A stretch of DNA of 64,000 bases from a virus (lineage: Duplodnaviria > Caudoviricetes): IMG/VR virus record IMGVR_UViG_3300028914_000066, positions 28,970 to 92,969 of that record, one strand, 5' to 3'. The notes under the pieces were generated by a model. It was given only the letters and a program-made list of their open reading frames with translations. It was not told the origin of the DNA and did no database searches. Each line of letters opens with the position of its first letter. The stretch's first letter is position 1. Both the position numbers and the translations under genes were made by a program. Shown here one piece after another: positions 30,101 through 40,000 of this stretch.

Positions 30101-31042
30101 ATGACTAATCTTACTAGAATTACTCATGAAGGTAAAAAAGTTAGTGTGTTAAAAATGTTAAAAGATTTTGATTTATTAGCAGATAATATTAACTTAGACG
30201 AAACTTTAAATTCTATTGATGATAATGGAAATTATGTTGGTCCTATAGCTGAAGTTAATGATAATCAAATAAGTATTGGACAACGATGGCTTGATATGTT
30301 TAATGAAGAAGGTGGATATAGTAAACAAGGTTATAGAATTATAGCACTTAAAAAACTTATTCATGAAAATCTTCATTTAAAACTTAATAAAGACGGTAAT
30401 CAACAATATGTTAAACGTATCACAGATATCTTTAATGAATTTAAAGATTATGTAAATAATAATGATCCTGACAATAAACATATTAAGCAATTTTTCTTTG
30501 AAACTAGATTTGTTAAAAATGAAGAAGGTAAATATGTAGAAGAAAAAACTCCAATAGATATAGCTTTAGAAGAATTTTTAGTTGAAAGTATTACAAATAG
30601 TGATTTAGCAGAATATCTTAATAACATTCGTACTGAAAGTACTGAAGGATTTAGTAGAAATGATATTAAGAAAGAAGATAGAAATTTATTCCAAAAGATA
30701 ATAGATTTTATTATAGATTTGTTTAATTTTGGAAGAAAAGCCGAAGATAAACTTAATATTCAAGATAATACTTTGTATGCTAAAGAGTTTGTTTATCTTG
30801 CTAAAGAGTTTACTGAGGCTCAAGGAGATATACAAGTTTCAGAACAAGAAACTCAGCAACAAAAAGTTGAACAAAAACCTGTAAATAAATTTGATAGATG
30901 GCGTAATGTTAGAGATATTAAACAATCTTCTGTTGATGAAGTTTCTTCAATTAATCAATTTGTAAACACTGCTAAACCTTATAATAAACAAGATTTATTA
31001 AAACGTATAAATAGTGGTGAACTTTCAATAATATGTAGTTAA
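24179..31042 (+). CDS. Giant ejected protein with Gly/Ala-rich membrane-active N-region and C-terminal zincin-like domain
   Basis: 2287 aa. EASEGVEEAINY…WGWFGGIGF; LIHENLH (30362-76) and EEFLVE; directly upstream of the RNAP gene. Confidence 0.7.
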   Translation: MDTQSYFEHGGDLVRNPNYSSNNGQPKFINKTDVSKSNNPLASAFYKSGEEGYGYTVTDPELINKSKKYGVPLTRQNVESGTLDKQFYDAQSGLNMLFNSLEQTIVGEIGLGTLKGFSEIADMIGNAITDNDFFRESGLTKAIADLQEKNKQAFNINTLPNMHLGNGALTNAGWWASNFPSVASSFTLLIPAKAMTAAPSVISKTVKSLNKSEDVVNRAKRITAFTKKGKKALNALNKENYLGLGAIGREAIAAKKEIAANAAFMRTMENYQEAKQVSEDVFNSARAEFADKEKYAEYLRNNPEFVSDLQQQGIDISDSDEVARYIAKKAANKTFAIDYANIVFDVIQVAALHNPAKIGKNNPWISRKVAQADRRSRVSPLKPQNIVEAEEKALKLPKRTINYFKDVAGAIPTLAAEASEGVEEAINYIAQQWGMTYGNILLGKEEKDVSLADKLSEYMKNPEMWDAAIWGWFGGIGFEMFGSKYNQLTNAISERRKDKENGAELKSFGEYLKNSEDPYRIKDINNRVASMNLLIERNSILHSGKNGKNPFKPDGKGGYADITSDVEKRAVQEQINSEYIGTLTLSALQAGNYQSLKSYLQDENVRRVLKEQGIILGDDTDTYLDDMVTRMETIANKYETHLDRLDKLTEDINEKVPVEYLQMVARENTLAEMEIESLKLDSSVFENEISKLESTMSFSDGNAATAVDIYHNLRNKSKINILAYRLAEIQAKLKLINEDDEYKDSISGGIEIGKLNEQKKKILKEIRKTAGEQAAAASLWSILQAENAIIDDNNQVQVNMMTKDFAELASAIDRRDEKIIKQAFINNGLKDFASKLDINAFVNDAKQGEYNLFIDNLEKLEKYRENNPAFAKQYQIAEYIKLLQLDKQSDIVTNKTQLLKRLNAINDSLADIYTSAQKQARRNILNIAKKLENGEQKIYNYIFNGAKIEGLSEQDKILLDESIDIMAFKKDNETFNKRFAEDLGRQGYERKMNVEKKKVSSSASENPSESNESLTEEDSPQTDHESNTDRQNGIEGENTDKDTTPKLPKAKITINADDNNKIIVESVADDSTGTNVVELEPLEENNYKIIIANDANNVNELLQSSTLFVGFDRTKENNDKYEREITRSPYINIGKDENTGDDIYKVVNTGKIVYKEKQPEAKASIPFTGDLDGADIPKDALADVNVPLTSTPLGKEMFDARQDIMRAKSKFWLESKTPIQQICDELNQQLEEIYGDGDRETLDAVKQDTPKVVISGLFGENEIKDEEIQNLKEGVENVVKHSIIDETIKLEEDVLNSIHKIIPYYLNKHKSSSFNIEGKTKYYINLNQLLDDINELYGNSDISAIVHDFLVSYLNTNEGKQRYAITYLDPNSPDFLEKINAKDETRSANNLNTIQEADINKFGKQGRNELNKLIPGSKIDVEISQYENYDKIDDYLSLKYNGIEIGGLALANYIDGKYSKYTQGWNYILSEDNGYINCNLLNVFIDLLNDKHVYNTLLEIRSENTSEEDKIRLKRNLNKYIANFKYNGERLGKKYVFEGTKENKSNRGQQPVEHLILLTTYDEALAKASYEEAKHLLQDTIYKFIQKMYYTYDAAKSVKDKLNRGEKVSITVDEIPGGKLLQPVEFVTKDTYSQLNQSNIAVANTDKVFLGIKESNENGNSGLTVLNDGQEIFINHLYTGSIVLSFKDKNDKFWHTRAVSVKFNDEHLDKNSKAYECIQFIQDEFGRRIDDWNKNNDNFVSFVDYCRKLFSKNYKGKDSTNESLLRNVQFRYTNSTIRLGDENNILIEISRNRIKVSGKNAIETIYNKKDITGNDFKKIIKPLLDKSIFNISYTILKEFSNKNKSSLTSGFIDRKVVTDNDPTAIQLKINSVDKNIEPFVYTAKDYKSLLIEGGFLRTNTKKYSYKDKKGKTITKEDNFDYSESSKFKIIVPNFNKENNSSPVKEEITKNDRDISKIEQIIREGKYNPIRKAFEMTNLTRITHEGKKVSVLKMLKDFDLLADNINLDETLNSIDDNGNYVGPIAEVNDNQISIGQRWLDMFNEEGGYSKQGYRIIALKKLIHENLHLKLNKDGNQQYVKRITDIFNEFKDYVNNNDPDNKHIKQFFFETRFVKNEEGKYVEEKTPIDIALEEFLVESITNSDLAEYLNNIRTESTEGFSRNDIKKEDRNLFQKIIDFIIDLFNFGRKAEDKLNIQDNTLYAKEFVYLAKEFTEAQGDIQVSEQETQQQKVEQKPVNKFDRWRNVRDIKQSSVDEVSSINQFVNTAKPYNKQDLLKRINSGELSIICS
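27671..27690 (+). repeat. Dispersed motif copy 7 (G-orientation)
   Basis: attccttttacgggggattt. Confidence 0.8.
29996..30016 (-). repeat. Dispersed motif copy 8 (C-orientation)
   Basis: agctcccctgtaaaagaagag; encodes SSPVKEE. Confidence 0.85.
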
Positions 31043-31060
31043 TTTTAAAATATTATAGAT

Positions 31061-34003
31061 ATGGCTTGTGAAATAACATTTCCTCTTGCAGAAGAGTTAT
31101 TAAGTAAAAATAAGTTTTATAATACATTAGCTAGTAAATTTGATACTCAAGCAGATTTATTAGCTTGTTTAGGAAGAATATTTAAACTTGATGTAAAAGA
31201 AATTTCTAAAAATAAAACTACAGTAACTAAAATCATTTCTGGAGGACAAACAGGTGTAGATACTATTGGTTTACAAGTTGCTAAATCTTTAGGTATTGAA
31301 ACTGGAGGAACTGCACCTAAAGGTTATCTTAGAGAACAAGGTGTAGATAATGAAGATATTAAATCTTATGGTCTTGTTGAAATAACTCCTGAAGAACAAG
31401 CTGATTATACAAAAAGAAAAGGTAAACAAGATCCATATACAGGTAGAACTGAACTTAATGTTAGAAATTCAGATGGAACTGTATATTTTTCTTCAGAAGA
31501 AGATAGTGCTGGTAGAACAGCTACAAAAAGAGCTGCTGAGGAATGGAATAAACCTTTTATTGAAAATCCAACTAGTGAGCAATTAAAAGAATTTATAAAA
31601 AATAATAATATAAAAATTCTTAATGTAGCAGGTAATAGAGGTACAAAGCTTAAAAATAGTAATCAAATTAGTACAATTTTACAAAATGCTTTAATTGAAG
31701 AAATTGAACAAGTTAGTGATATTTCTATAAATTTTTCTCCTCAATTTAGAGAATGGTATAAAGAACATTATAATAAATCATTACCCACTCTTAATAAGAT
31801 AACTAGTTCGTCAATAGATGAACTAGTTTCTTCTGCTTTAGAATATAACTCTAAAGGTGCAGAAGATGGAAATGCTACTGCAAAAGTAAACGACTCTTAT
31901 ATTCTTTCTACAGAATATACAAATGGCAATTCTACTAGACTTCAAGGTATTAAAATAGCACAAGGTTTTGTATTTGATTCTTATTTTGATTTAAAATATC
32001 GTTTAAATCCTGAACAAATAAGACAACTTTATGGAACTAGAAAATTAAGTTCACTTACTAAAGAAAATTATCAAACTGAAGTTATTGTAAAATATATGGA
32101 TGCTTTGGTTGATACTATTAATAAAACTAGTAGTGATAATGAATTAAATTTAAATGCAATACATGAAAAATATATTACTGAAGATATATTAAATGAAAAC
32201 TATAACAAATTCAAAGAATTTGGTATTGATGAAGATAACGCCATAGGATTAGCTAATGTACAAGCAGAATTAAACGCTATAGAACCTTTTGTTAATAAAC
32301 AAAAGGCTTCTCCTTATGTGCTTAATATTATAGCTGCTCTTCATGATATGCTTAATTTTAATGTTGAAAACATAAATGGAAAGCATACAAGAGTTCGCGA
32401 TGATTACTTTAAAAAAGTTTGGTGTAATAGTCTTTTATCACAACTTAATATAAAAGATGAATTAGACTATGTTGATCAAATTGAATTACAAGAGGAAGAT
32501 GAAAGAGATAATGATATTCAAATAGATACTAGTTTTAGAGATTATGAAAATCGTTTAGGTTCTGATTATAATTCTTATAAATTACATATTGGTAAAGATA
32601 TCAATATGTATTTAAATCATTTAGATGATATTGATTATTCAGAACATAATGATTTTGGACTTCCTTCTAAAATGGATTCTTCTAAAGTTGCATCTTTGTT
32701 ATATAGCAGTGTAGATAGAAGAAGTCTTGATGCTATGATAGAATCTATTAGAGTTTTATCTGAAAAAATTCCTGGATTTAAAGGTTTACAAATTTTATAT
32801 AATGATTTGAAAGCTAATAAAGATTTAGCAGCTAAATTTTATGTATCATTTGCAAAATATAAAATGCCATCATTTGCTATAACAGTTGATGGTACGAATA
32901 TTAATGTAAAGACAAATGAACATCAACTTAGTAAAGAAAGTGTATTAAGATTTTCTTATTATAGTGATGCTAGAAATACTGCTATTTATAATAATCTTTC
33001 ACTTCTTGGACAAAAGAAATCTGATGCTAAAAATGCTATAGATGAATTTGAGAAAAATAGAGATAAATCACATAAAGAAGATGCTGTTATTAAATTAACT
33101 TCTTTAATTAAGGAATATATACCTAGTATTGATTATGCTAACATTTATAATTTTGTTAGTAAATCAGGTATGGATGAATTACAAGCTATTAGAACAATAA
33201 ATAGTTTATTAGATGAATTAATTCTTAATATAGAAAATAGAAAAAATTATATAGATAGTCAAGCTTCTGATTATATTATGAATAATGAAGTTCTAACAAA
33301 AAATATAACAGGAGTTTTAAATCAATTTGTCAATTATTTATTACCTTATAGTAATCCTTTTGTTCAACTTACTGTTTCTAATGTATTAGGCAAAAATCAT
33401 TCTGCTTTGGAAAATAATACTTTCCTTACAAGATTTATGGATATGCTTAATAGTGATTTAAATGATTATAAAAATGGTAAAGTTGGTCCACTTCTCGAAC
33501 ATTGTAGATATTTAATTAATAATACTAAACAATTTAATTATAGTAGTATTTTATTAGAACAAACTGATGAAAATGGTATTATTAATCCTGGTTTAGTTAA
33601 ATATGACGGAGAAGAATTAGTTTATACTCCTTATGCTAAAGATCTTATTAAAATTATAGATTTTGATGGTATAAAAGATGTATTTGGAGAAGGTGCTACT
33701 TATGTAAAAACTTCAGAAGTAGATTATTTATTATCTACATTTAATGCTTTCTTTGAAGGTAGAGATGATAAAGTTGATTTTACTTTAGCACCATATCTTT
33801 TAAAAACTCCTTCTGATTCTAGTCATAATAAAGGAATGTATGCACCTGTTCATAGAATTACTAGTACAGATGAATTACATCCTGAATATAGTCTTTATGA
33901 ATATAATAAAGATATTGTTAAACAACAAACTAGAGATTTATTTAAGAAAATAAAGTTTGGTAAATACGAAAAAGAAGTGTTAGTAAAGGTGCTGTTGAAA
34001 TAA
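31061..34003 (+). CDS. N-terminal part of the virion RNA polymerase polyprotein, with an inserted SLOG (MoCo-carrier-like/YpsA) domain
   Basis: 980 aa. KIISGGQTGVD…GGTAPKG…RTELNVRNSDGT…LNVAGNR. The frame of the next ORF is open from 33964, consistent with a -1 frameshift. Confidence 0.7.
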   Translation: MACEITFPLAEELLSKNKFYNTLASKFDTQADLLACLGRIFKLDVKEISKNKTTVTKIISGGQTGVDTIGLQVAKSLGIETGGTAPKGYLREQGVDNEDIKSYGLVEITPEEQADYTKRKGKQDPYTGRTELNVRNSDGTVYFSSEEDSAGRTATKRAAEEWNKPFIENPTSEQLKEFIKNNNIKILNVAGNRGTKLKNSNQISTILQNALIEEIEQVSDISINFSPQFREWYKEHYNKSLPTLNKITSSSIDELVSSALEYNSKGAEDGNATAKVNDSYILSTEYTNGNSTRLQGIKIAQGFVFDSYFDLKYRLNPEQIRQLYGTRKLSSLTKENYQTEVIVKYMDALVDTINKTSSDNELNLNAIHEKYITEDILNENYNKFKEFGIDEDNAIGLANVQAELNAIEPFVNKQKASPYVLNIIAALHDMLNFNVENINGKHTRVRDDYFKKVWCNSLLSQLNIKDELDYVDQIELQEEDERDNDIQIDTSFRDYENRLGSDYNSYKLHIGKDINMYLNHLDDIDYSEHNDFGLPSKMDSSKVASLLYSSVDRRSLDAMIESIRVLSEKIPGFKGLQILYNDLKANKDLAAKFYVSFAKYKMPSFAITVDGTNINVKTNEHQLSKESVLRFSYYSDARNTAIYNNLSLLGQKKSDAKNAIDEFEKNRDKSHKEDAVIKLTSLIKEYIPSIDYANIYNFVSKSGMDELQAIRTINSLLDELILNIENRKNYIDSQASDYIMNNEVLTKNITGVLNQFVNYLLPYSNPFVQLTVSNVLGKNHSALENNTFLTRFMDMLNSDLNDYKNGKVGPLLEHCRYLINNTKQFNYSSILLEQTDENGIINPGLVKYDGEELVYTPYAKDLIKIIDFDGIKDVFGEGATYVKTSEVDYLLSTFNAFFEGRDDKVDFTLAPYLLKTPSDSSHNKGMYAPVHRITSTDELHPEYSLYEYNKDIVKQQTRDLFKKIKFGKYEKEVLVKVLLK

Positions 34004-34017
34004 CTTATGATAAATTT

Positions 34018-37000
34018 ATGGATACTTTAAAACAAGATAGTTTTAAAGTATTTGCTATTAATGAAAAAGCTATAAAAAGACCTTCACAAACTGAACATTA
34101 TATTACATTTGAAGTTGATGATGAAGGCACAAAATATACTGTTGTAGTTGAAGGTAAGTATGATACTGAAAATAAAATATTTACTAGAAATACAGAAAAT
34201 TATTTAACTATAATTAAAGAAGATGAAGAAAATCTTTTAGATTTAGCTAATAGAGTTAAAGAATTAATTGCAAATGATATTATAAATAGACGTCATATTA
34301 CTATTGGAGGAAATACTTGGTATAATGGACAGTTTTTAACTAAAACTGTAAATAAAGATCATGCTATTTATAAACAAATGCGTAATGCTTTCTTACAAGA
34401 AGCACAAAATGCAGGTACTGCTATTAAATTTATGTTTGATACAGCAAATGGTAGTATAACTCCAAGTAATTTAATAACAAATAAAAAATCTAAATTCTAT
34501 AATAATTATCATTATAAGAAAGAAGCTATAGTAGATGGTAAACTTACAGGTCAAGTTTTCACTTCAGATAGATTTACCTTAACTGATGATAAAGGAAACT
34601 TAGTTAATTATATGACTAAGAAATTTGAAGTTGATGGTAAAGTATATCAAGTAATAAATGATGATGTTATAGATATAAGTAAACCTAATGCTACATTTAA
34701 TCCTTATAGCATCAATTTCCTTTACGGGGGTGCTGATTCATACTTACATCTTGATTCTGAGGGTAATGCTAAGCTAACTGCTAAACAAGAAGAAGCTTTA
34801 GATTATGCATTAACACAATATATACTAGATTATGTTGAAGATAGTAAGAAAAGACTTTTACCTTATACTGATTTAATTCATAGTGCTTCTATGACTTCAG
34901 ATGATAATATTGCAGAATATGCTCTTAATTATCATATGATGTACATTAATTCTTGTGATTTATTTGATGGTGATAGTAAATTCTATAAGGATACACAAGA
35001 TATATTTAAACGTTTAAAAGAAACTCAAGCTGGTGGTCTTTCTTACGCTATATATGATATAACTAAACCTAAATTAAAAGATAGTGCAGAAAAACAATTA
35101 ATAGAAGGAGCTTATCTTAATAGTAATGAGATTCAAAATAAATTAAAAAAGTACGGAGTATCTTATTTTTTAAATGATTGTAAACAATATAGTAGTTTTG
35201 TTGGAGTAACTATCACAAATAAAAAAGTTACTAATGCAAGAGATAATAAAATTATTGGTAATAAATTAGCTGAAGCTTTAAGAATGTCTAAGGATTTAAC
35301 CGAAGATCAAATTAAAGAAAAAGTAGCTAAAATGATGAGTGGTTATACTGATATTACAACAGATGATGCTCAATCTTATATTACATTAGAAGAATGGATT
35401 AGACGTTTAGCAGCTAGAGGTCAATTAGATGAAAATATGCCTCTTATACAAAAATTATTAGATAAAAATTCACCTTTAACTGATAAAGATTTAGATACTT
35501 TTGTACAAGTTCAAAAGAATTTCTATTATGATTTACATTTAGATGAAGATGCTGGTATTATAGTGCCTAGACAAATTAAGAACGCTGAATATGTTTTAGT
35601 TCCTAGATTTATTGAAGGTACTCAACTTCAAACACTTTATGATAATATGATAGAAGCTGGTACAGATCAGCTTAATACTGAAGAAACATCTAAAGCAGGT
35701 AAATCTAAAATAGTTGATGTTTGGACTAAAGATAAAACAGGTATTAGAAAAAATCTTGTAGAAGCTTTTGGTGAAAATAAACAACAATACGATTATAATT
35801 ACTTATATACTCAGCAAGAAACTCCTCAACATATGGATGAGTCTAATAAGGCTGGTGTACAAATAGTTAAGAAACTTATTGATAATATACAAGATATTAC
35901 TCCTGAGTATAAAGAAACTGATGAATGGAAAAACTTATCTGATGAAGTAAAACAAAATAAAATTAAACTTTATAATGATAAGCAAAAGTTTTTAGATAAT
36001 TTCTCTGAAAATATTAAAGCTAGTTTTACAGACCTTATGAAAGATTTAATTAAGGATGTAAAATCTAATATGAAAAATGGAAATCTTGTTATTGACGGAG
36101 AAGTTGTTAAAGGCGTTGATTATATGAATTTATTAGAGCGACTTGAGTCAGAATTATTACGTCTTAATGCAGATAGTAATAGTCTTGATTATGTTACTCT
36201 TATCGATGATGCTTTTGAAATTGTTAGCAAAGATGAAAATACTTTAGGTATTATAACAAAAATGCCTACTATATTTCCATCTATTAAAACTAAACTTGAA
36301 CATGCAGCTCAAGCTATATTTAATAATAATATTACAAAACAGCTTCTTCCTGGTTTTCATGCTGCACAGGTAACATCTGCTGGTTTTGCATCTCTAAATT
36401 TTGAAAATCCTAAATATATTAAAAGTAAAAAACTTAATTATCATATTTCAGAAGATGGCTTTGTAAATTATATAGAAGTATTAATTCCTGCTAGTGCATT
36501 CGGTTTGAGTCTTGATGATAGCAAATATAAAGATGGAGAAGAAATGCGTCAAGCATTACAAGATGCAGGTCTTGATCAATTTATTGGTTATCGTATTCCT
36601 ACTGAAGGTAAACAATCTGTTTGTATAATGAAAGTTGTAGGAATTCTTGATAATTCTCAAGGTTCTACAATAGTTGTTCCTGATGGTTGGGTTGCTCAGA
36701 CAGGTTCTGATTTTGATATTGATAGTATTTATACTATTCTTTATGAATCAGTAGTTGATAGAGAAGGAGATATTCATAAATATCATAGTGAAGAAAACAA
36801 TAAATCTCAAAGAAATAATAATATTGTTGATGCTTTACTTAGCATACTTAATAATCCTTTAACATTAGAAGAAGGTCTTTCACAATCAAAAACTACTGAT
36901 ATTACTGATGAATTAAAAGATCTTGTTAAAGGTTCTTATATTGATAATGAAAGAAAAAATAGAAGTAGTTTTAATGTATTAGATCAAATAGAATTTCAAA

Positions 37001-40000
37001 CTGAAGGTTTACAAGGTAAAGACTTGAAAGCTTTTAGTGTTAATCGCGATGGTTTTAATTCTATTTGTAATGTAGCTAAACCTACTTTAAATAGACCTAT
37101 AAAAGTAGTTTATACATTAAATGAAGATCAATATAAACTTGCTGTAAAAACATTCGGTAAAGATAACGTTGAAGATTTAGATGGAGAAGGACATTATGAA
37201 GTAACTCATACTACATGGGGATGGACTAATACATTTAGAAATATTAAAGGAGATTTATTACTTCCTTATTCTTCTGAAACTACAGCTCATATGCTTGATG
37301 CTGTAAAAATTGGTCATATTCCAAATGTAAACACTGAAACATTTAAAGTTTATAAGACATTTGTTGATATAGGTTCAGATTATAGTACTGCATTAGTATT
37401 TATTATGCAACCTGCTATTGGCAGATTTATAGATAAGTATAATCGTAAAAAGTCTATTTATTCTGAGGATTTAACTGATCCTATGAAGCAAACTTATATT
37501 GATATTGCAAAACAATTAGGTGTTGAAACTAAACAGAAAAATAAAAAAGAAATTAAACAAGGTATAGCTGCAGTCCTTGCTAATGAAATAGAAACTATAT
37601 ATAATATTTTAGATTACGATATACTAAAAGAAAGGTTTTATAATAACTCCCCCGTAAGCGAAGAGAGTGCTAAACACTTAGCTATTGATTATTTAATTCT
37701 TGATAAGTATGAAGAACTTTCTGATATAGCTTCTGAAGCTGAAAATTATTCTATGGTTCTTAGACCAGATAAATTTGGTGCTAAAGAAAGTATTTGGAAA
37801 ACAAAGAAAGTATTTAAAGATATATATAACATTCTTGATAAAGAGAAACATTTGTTTACTGTTAATGATAAAAATCTTTTAGAAGCTATCTATCCTGGAA
37901 TTGATAACGGTTTTAATAGTTATCTTCAAGATACAAAAGATAATGAAAGTGTATATAAACCTTTACAATATTTCTTAAAATATGGTACAGCTACTTCTAT
38001 AGCTATAAATAAACTTTTATTTCCTACTGAGTCTGTAGAATTTGAGAATTTTGTAGAATCATTATCAGATTATCTTACTGTTAGAAGTCTTCCTGAAGAT
38101 GTTTATAAGAGTTTTACAAATTATATTCTTCAAGGAATTTATAATAATATTAAGAGTATTAGTTTTCCTGTTGATTATATTAAAAATAAAGGTTTTAAGC
38201 CTAGAGATGTAAAATCAACAGAAGATAGACTTAAAGTTCAAGAAGCTGAAAAACAAAGAATATTTGGTTATCAACATATATTTAATACTAGAAATAATCC
38301 TTCTAATTTTAAAGTAGTTGATATTGCTAGACCAACACAAGAAGAAATTAATAAATTTTCTGCTTTTTCACCTGCTGAAAAAGTAAAATGGGTTAAAGAT
38401 AATTTTGCAGATGGTTTAATATGTAAATATTTAGAACCTAGAACTTATATTAATTCTGTTTATGGTGAAAAATATCAAGCTTGTCAAACAATTACCTTTA
38501 ATGAAGATAATATCGGAAGTGAAGTAGTTTATGATGAATTTGATAAAACTTTCAATAATACTAATCCTTTCTTAGCTATGACTGCTTTAGATTTAATAAA
38601 GTATGCATTTGTTGTAGAAGGATATCAAACTAGAAAACATTCTATCAATAGAGTTATTAAAAATAGTGTTCTTATTAATGATAATAATAATTATGGTTTG
38701 AACATTATTGAAGATTTAAAGAATGAATTTAATAAATTTGTAATAAATTTAAAAGATAATGAAACTAGAAATTTAATTAGAGAAGATTTTATTAGAAGTC
38801 ATACAGAATTAGAAAGTGTACCTAAACTTAGACTTAATAAAGATAATTATAAAGACTTTATTAAAAATAATAATGTTCAGAATACAGGTGTAATTAAATT
38901 ATCTTTAGAACAAGCTGAAGTTATAAATGAAGATACACAAAATAATAAAGAAGATGAACAATATCAAAACTTCTTAAATAAACTTAAACCTTATATTATA
39001 ATTCAAGGATATGAAGGAGGTAAGTTAAAGAGTATTTTATATAAAACTGTAAATGAATATAATAATGTTATTTATCTTTATCCTTTATCTAAACTTCAAA
39101 ATAACGAAACAGGTGATATCAGTTGGTATGATGAAAATAATAAATTAGATGATAATGTATATCAACCTCAAAGTTATTATTTAGAAGTTATAGAAAAAGA
39201 TTATAATGGAGATAGTAATTTACCTAAAACACAAAGAAATTTAACTACTTTTGATAATAATGCTGTAATTCTTGATAGTAAAGAAGAAGAATTAGGAGAT
39301 ATTAAAAAATTAAAGAATAGTATAGCTAATAACGAAAATAACTATTTTGTTTATAAAGCTAACGATATTGATTATCTTGATAAGAAACTTCCTTATGTAA
39401 AAGAAAAATATATACCTTTAAAAGTAAATAATAAAGACTATAGAGTTGAAAGATTTATTATGTCTAAAGGTTTATTTGACTTTACTACTAAAGAAGGTTT
39501 AAGAAAAGTATATAATTCTGCTAAACGTAAATATGATTATAGTCAAAAGAATGATAGCAATCCTATAAGCAAAGAAGATGCTTTAAGAAAAACTTTAAAT
39601 CAATATGTTGCATATAGTCGTTTAGCTAAAGAATTACAAGATGTAATATTTGATAAGATTAATCTGTGGATTAATACTCATGCTAGCAATAATTTTAATA
39701 ATTTTGTTGCACCTAATAAATTATTTGGAAATTTATTTATTGTTCAAAAAGTTGAAGTTAAACAAGCAGATGTTGAAGAATCCTTAACTTATGCAACTAA
39801 ACAAAATATTAAGTATGCTAGAACAAGTAGAAATCCTTTAGCAGAAAAATTTAGTAAAGGAATTAAACAAGCAGGTGTAAATATTCATGAAAATGATTTA
39901 AACTCTTCAGATGATGAAAAAGTTAAGAACACTATAGGTAATCATCTTGAGGATATAGCATCTCTTAATAGAATATTTGTTAAGAATGAAGTTAATGATA

